This document shows positions 34,401 to 35,858 of a stretch of DNA of 35,858 nt, piece after piece. The number at the start of each line of letters is the position of its first letter. Positions within the stretch are counted from its first letter, which is position 1. This DNA is from Cyanophora paradoxa CCMP329 (taxonomy: Eukaryota; Plantae; Glaucophyta): contig QPMI01000264.1 in NCBI GenBank assembly GCA_004431415.1, forward strand, positions 1 to 35,858, given 5' to 3'. The notes beneath the pieces were generated by a model that searched no databases, had not been told where the DNA came from, and saw nothing but the letters and a program-made list of their open reading frames with translations. Both the position numbers and the translations under genes were made by a program.

Positions 34401-35858
34401 TGACCTAATATAAATTAAGAACATGTTACGAAGACAGAGCATGAAAGCATCGTGCACCTCCATGAAAGCATTTGCAAGACCTTGTGCCCGTGCAGGCTCA
34501 CGGTCCAACTCAGCGTCTCCTGGCCGCAGGGCCAGAAGCTGTGTGAGCACAGCAGCAGCTGAGCGGATCTCGCCATCATCAGGGGCTGCATCACATTTCG
34601 GTTTTCAAAATAGAATGCAGTGATTTGAAGGGGACGTACTGTAGAAATCGAGTGATGAATTGCTCGATCGCCCGTAGAAGAACACCTCTATCCAGAGCGA
34701 TAGGAACATCTTCGATTCAACAGCGTATGATCGTTTGTCATCGCTAGTACTTGTGTCATCCTTGCCCTCCTGAAAGTCCAGAGACAAGATGACCTGACCG
34801 GGCAGCAAGTAAGCAGAAGAAGCACGAGGCAAGCTGGCATGGACACGTGCCAGATCTATCTCTCGCAGTCGTCTCTCACGGATGTAGATCTTGTTGGTAT
34901 AGAAGCTCGTCACCCGGGCCTTTAGCCAGTCGTAGTGCCTGGCTCGAAGGTCCGTATCCACTGCAAACTCACCGTGCGCCCCTGGCACGCCAAGGCCCAG
35001 AAATGCACACTGTGCCTGCAGTGAGTGCCGTGCTTCAACTGGCCAAGAAGATAGATGCTTACGTCCATATCAATGAGCTCATCGAGTTGAGAAGCTTGAG
35101 GTATCTTCCTTGTCGCCAGCAGCTATATCAGCATCTGGATGAGGGTCGGGACCGGTGCGCTGAAGGCTTGGCGATTCGAGTGCGACCTAAATGCAGTATC
35201 TCATGGCGAATCTCAAGCTAAAGAAGATCGAGGACGCACAGTGCTCATGAAGTGCTTCAGAGCATGGAGATCCTCCAGTGTCCGTGTCCGGTTCTTTGCT
35301 GGTTCACCTCGAAACTGCAACCGACAAGCGTTCGCCTGAGCTTGCCGAGCCGCTTCTGTCACCTGGATAAGTTGGTCTTAGATTCCATTCGATCAATTCT
35401 TTGAGCTGCAGAGCACCTCATCAAGCCAATCAACACAACTCTGAAATTTGGGGCCTCGAAACGCTCCCTTTGTGCCCACAAACAGGTTGCGCAGTGCACG
35501 CAAGCATCTGGCAGGGGGCAGGTCGACGATGATGTCCTCCACATAATGCACTTGGGGGTCCAGATCTGCAAACATGATAAGACAAAGAGGCGGCGTGCAG
35601 ATTTCACAGAGAAACGCACAGATCTCGAAGGTGTGCATGCTTGTCGCCTTCTGCCAGCGCCACCAGCGTCGCCGCCGCTGCGCCGTCCAGGGCGCCACCC
35701 GCCGCGCGCCTCCCGTGCCGCTCCCGCGCCGCCTCCCGCGCCGCCTCCCGCGCCGCCTCCCCGCGCCGCCTCCCGCGCCGCGCACCGGGCCGGGGGAGGG
35801 GGAGGGACAGGGCCGGGGGGGGGGGCGGGCCCGGGGGAGGGCGGGCCGGGGGGAGGGG
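31402..35858 (-). mobile_element. TIR-bounded element copy 2 (truncated by window end)
   Basis: The left TIR starts at 31402, and the sequence is colinear with 26137 to ~30610. Confidence 0.8.
32117..35858 (-). CDS. Second copy of the element-encoded gene, 5'-incomplete, with many apparent frameshifts (sequencing error or pseudogene)
   Basis: Same exons as 26855 to ~30610 (e.g. LEWDHWP, RVVCAGHHQ, stop at 32117), but multiple single-base indels, mostly in homopolymers. Confidence 0.65.

Larger units (their letters stand above)
25982..35858. repeat. Head-to-tail tandem duplication, period 5,265 bp (25982-31246 and 31247->35858)
   Basis: tctatgcgcggggcagatctagcgatcc... starts at both 25982 and 31247. 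The copies stay colinear to the window end and differ almost only by 1-2 nt indels. Confidence 0.97.

Noticed and set aside
25982-35858. LTR or DIRS retrotransposon interpretation of the direct repeats
   Set aside because: The whole 5.3-kb unit repeats, not just the ends. There are no TG...CA termini and no gag, RT, RNase H, integrase or tyrosine-recombinase motifs, and the gene is intron-rich.
32117-35858. Calling copy 2 a pseudogene
   Set aside because: Differences from copy 1 are almost all 1-2 nt indels in homopolymers or short repeats with virtually no substitutions, the pattern of unpolished long-read error. This cannot be decided from the window.
1-35858. tRNA, rRNA or snRNA genes
   Set aside because: No cloverleaf, A/B-box pair or conserved rRNA/snRNA sequence was recognised by eye. 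A covariance-model scan would be needed to exclude them.

Overview
GC-rich eukaryotic nuclear DNA with many short spliceosomal introns. Most ORFs in the supplied track are exon/intron mixtures or shadow frames. The style is reminiscent of the glaucophyte Cyanophora, but this is an unverified impression. 1-24 kb holds six intron-rich genes: (1) the 5' part of a Na+/K+-type (P2C-like) P-type ATPase whose A-domain TGES motif reads TGIG; (2) a small NTF2/SnoaL-like protein, divergent from (3) CCDC115/VMA22; (4) what appears to be one very large gene joining RCC1 repeats to a Clu domain, a partial ZZ finger and TPRs; (5) a CobW/ZNG1 GTPase, divergent from (6) DUS1. From 25 kb the window is mobile-element DNA. 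A ~5.1-kb element (26137-31249) has ~29-bp terminal inverted repeats and clustered GCGATCGC subterminal motifs. It carries one 13-intron gene of roughly 1,100 aa with no transposase, RT or helicase motif I can recognise, but with a C-terminal HNH-like motif set. The element plus a ~152-bp spacer is repeated head-to-tail (period 5,265 bp; copy 2 runs off the window). A third, diverged copy of its 169-bp left end sits at 25004-25172. This element is the best candidate for an undescribed system. Homopolymer indels suggest imperfectly polished long-read sequence, so exon coordinates are approximate. All family assignments come from motif recognition by eye, not database searches.
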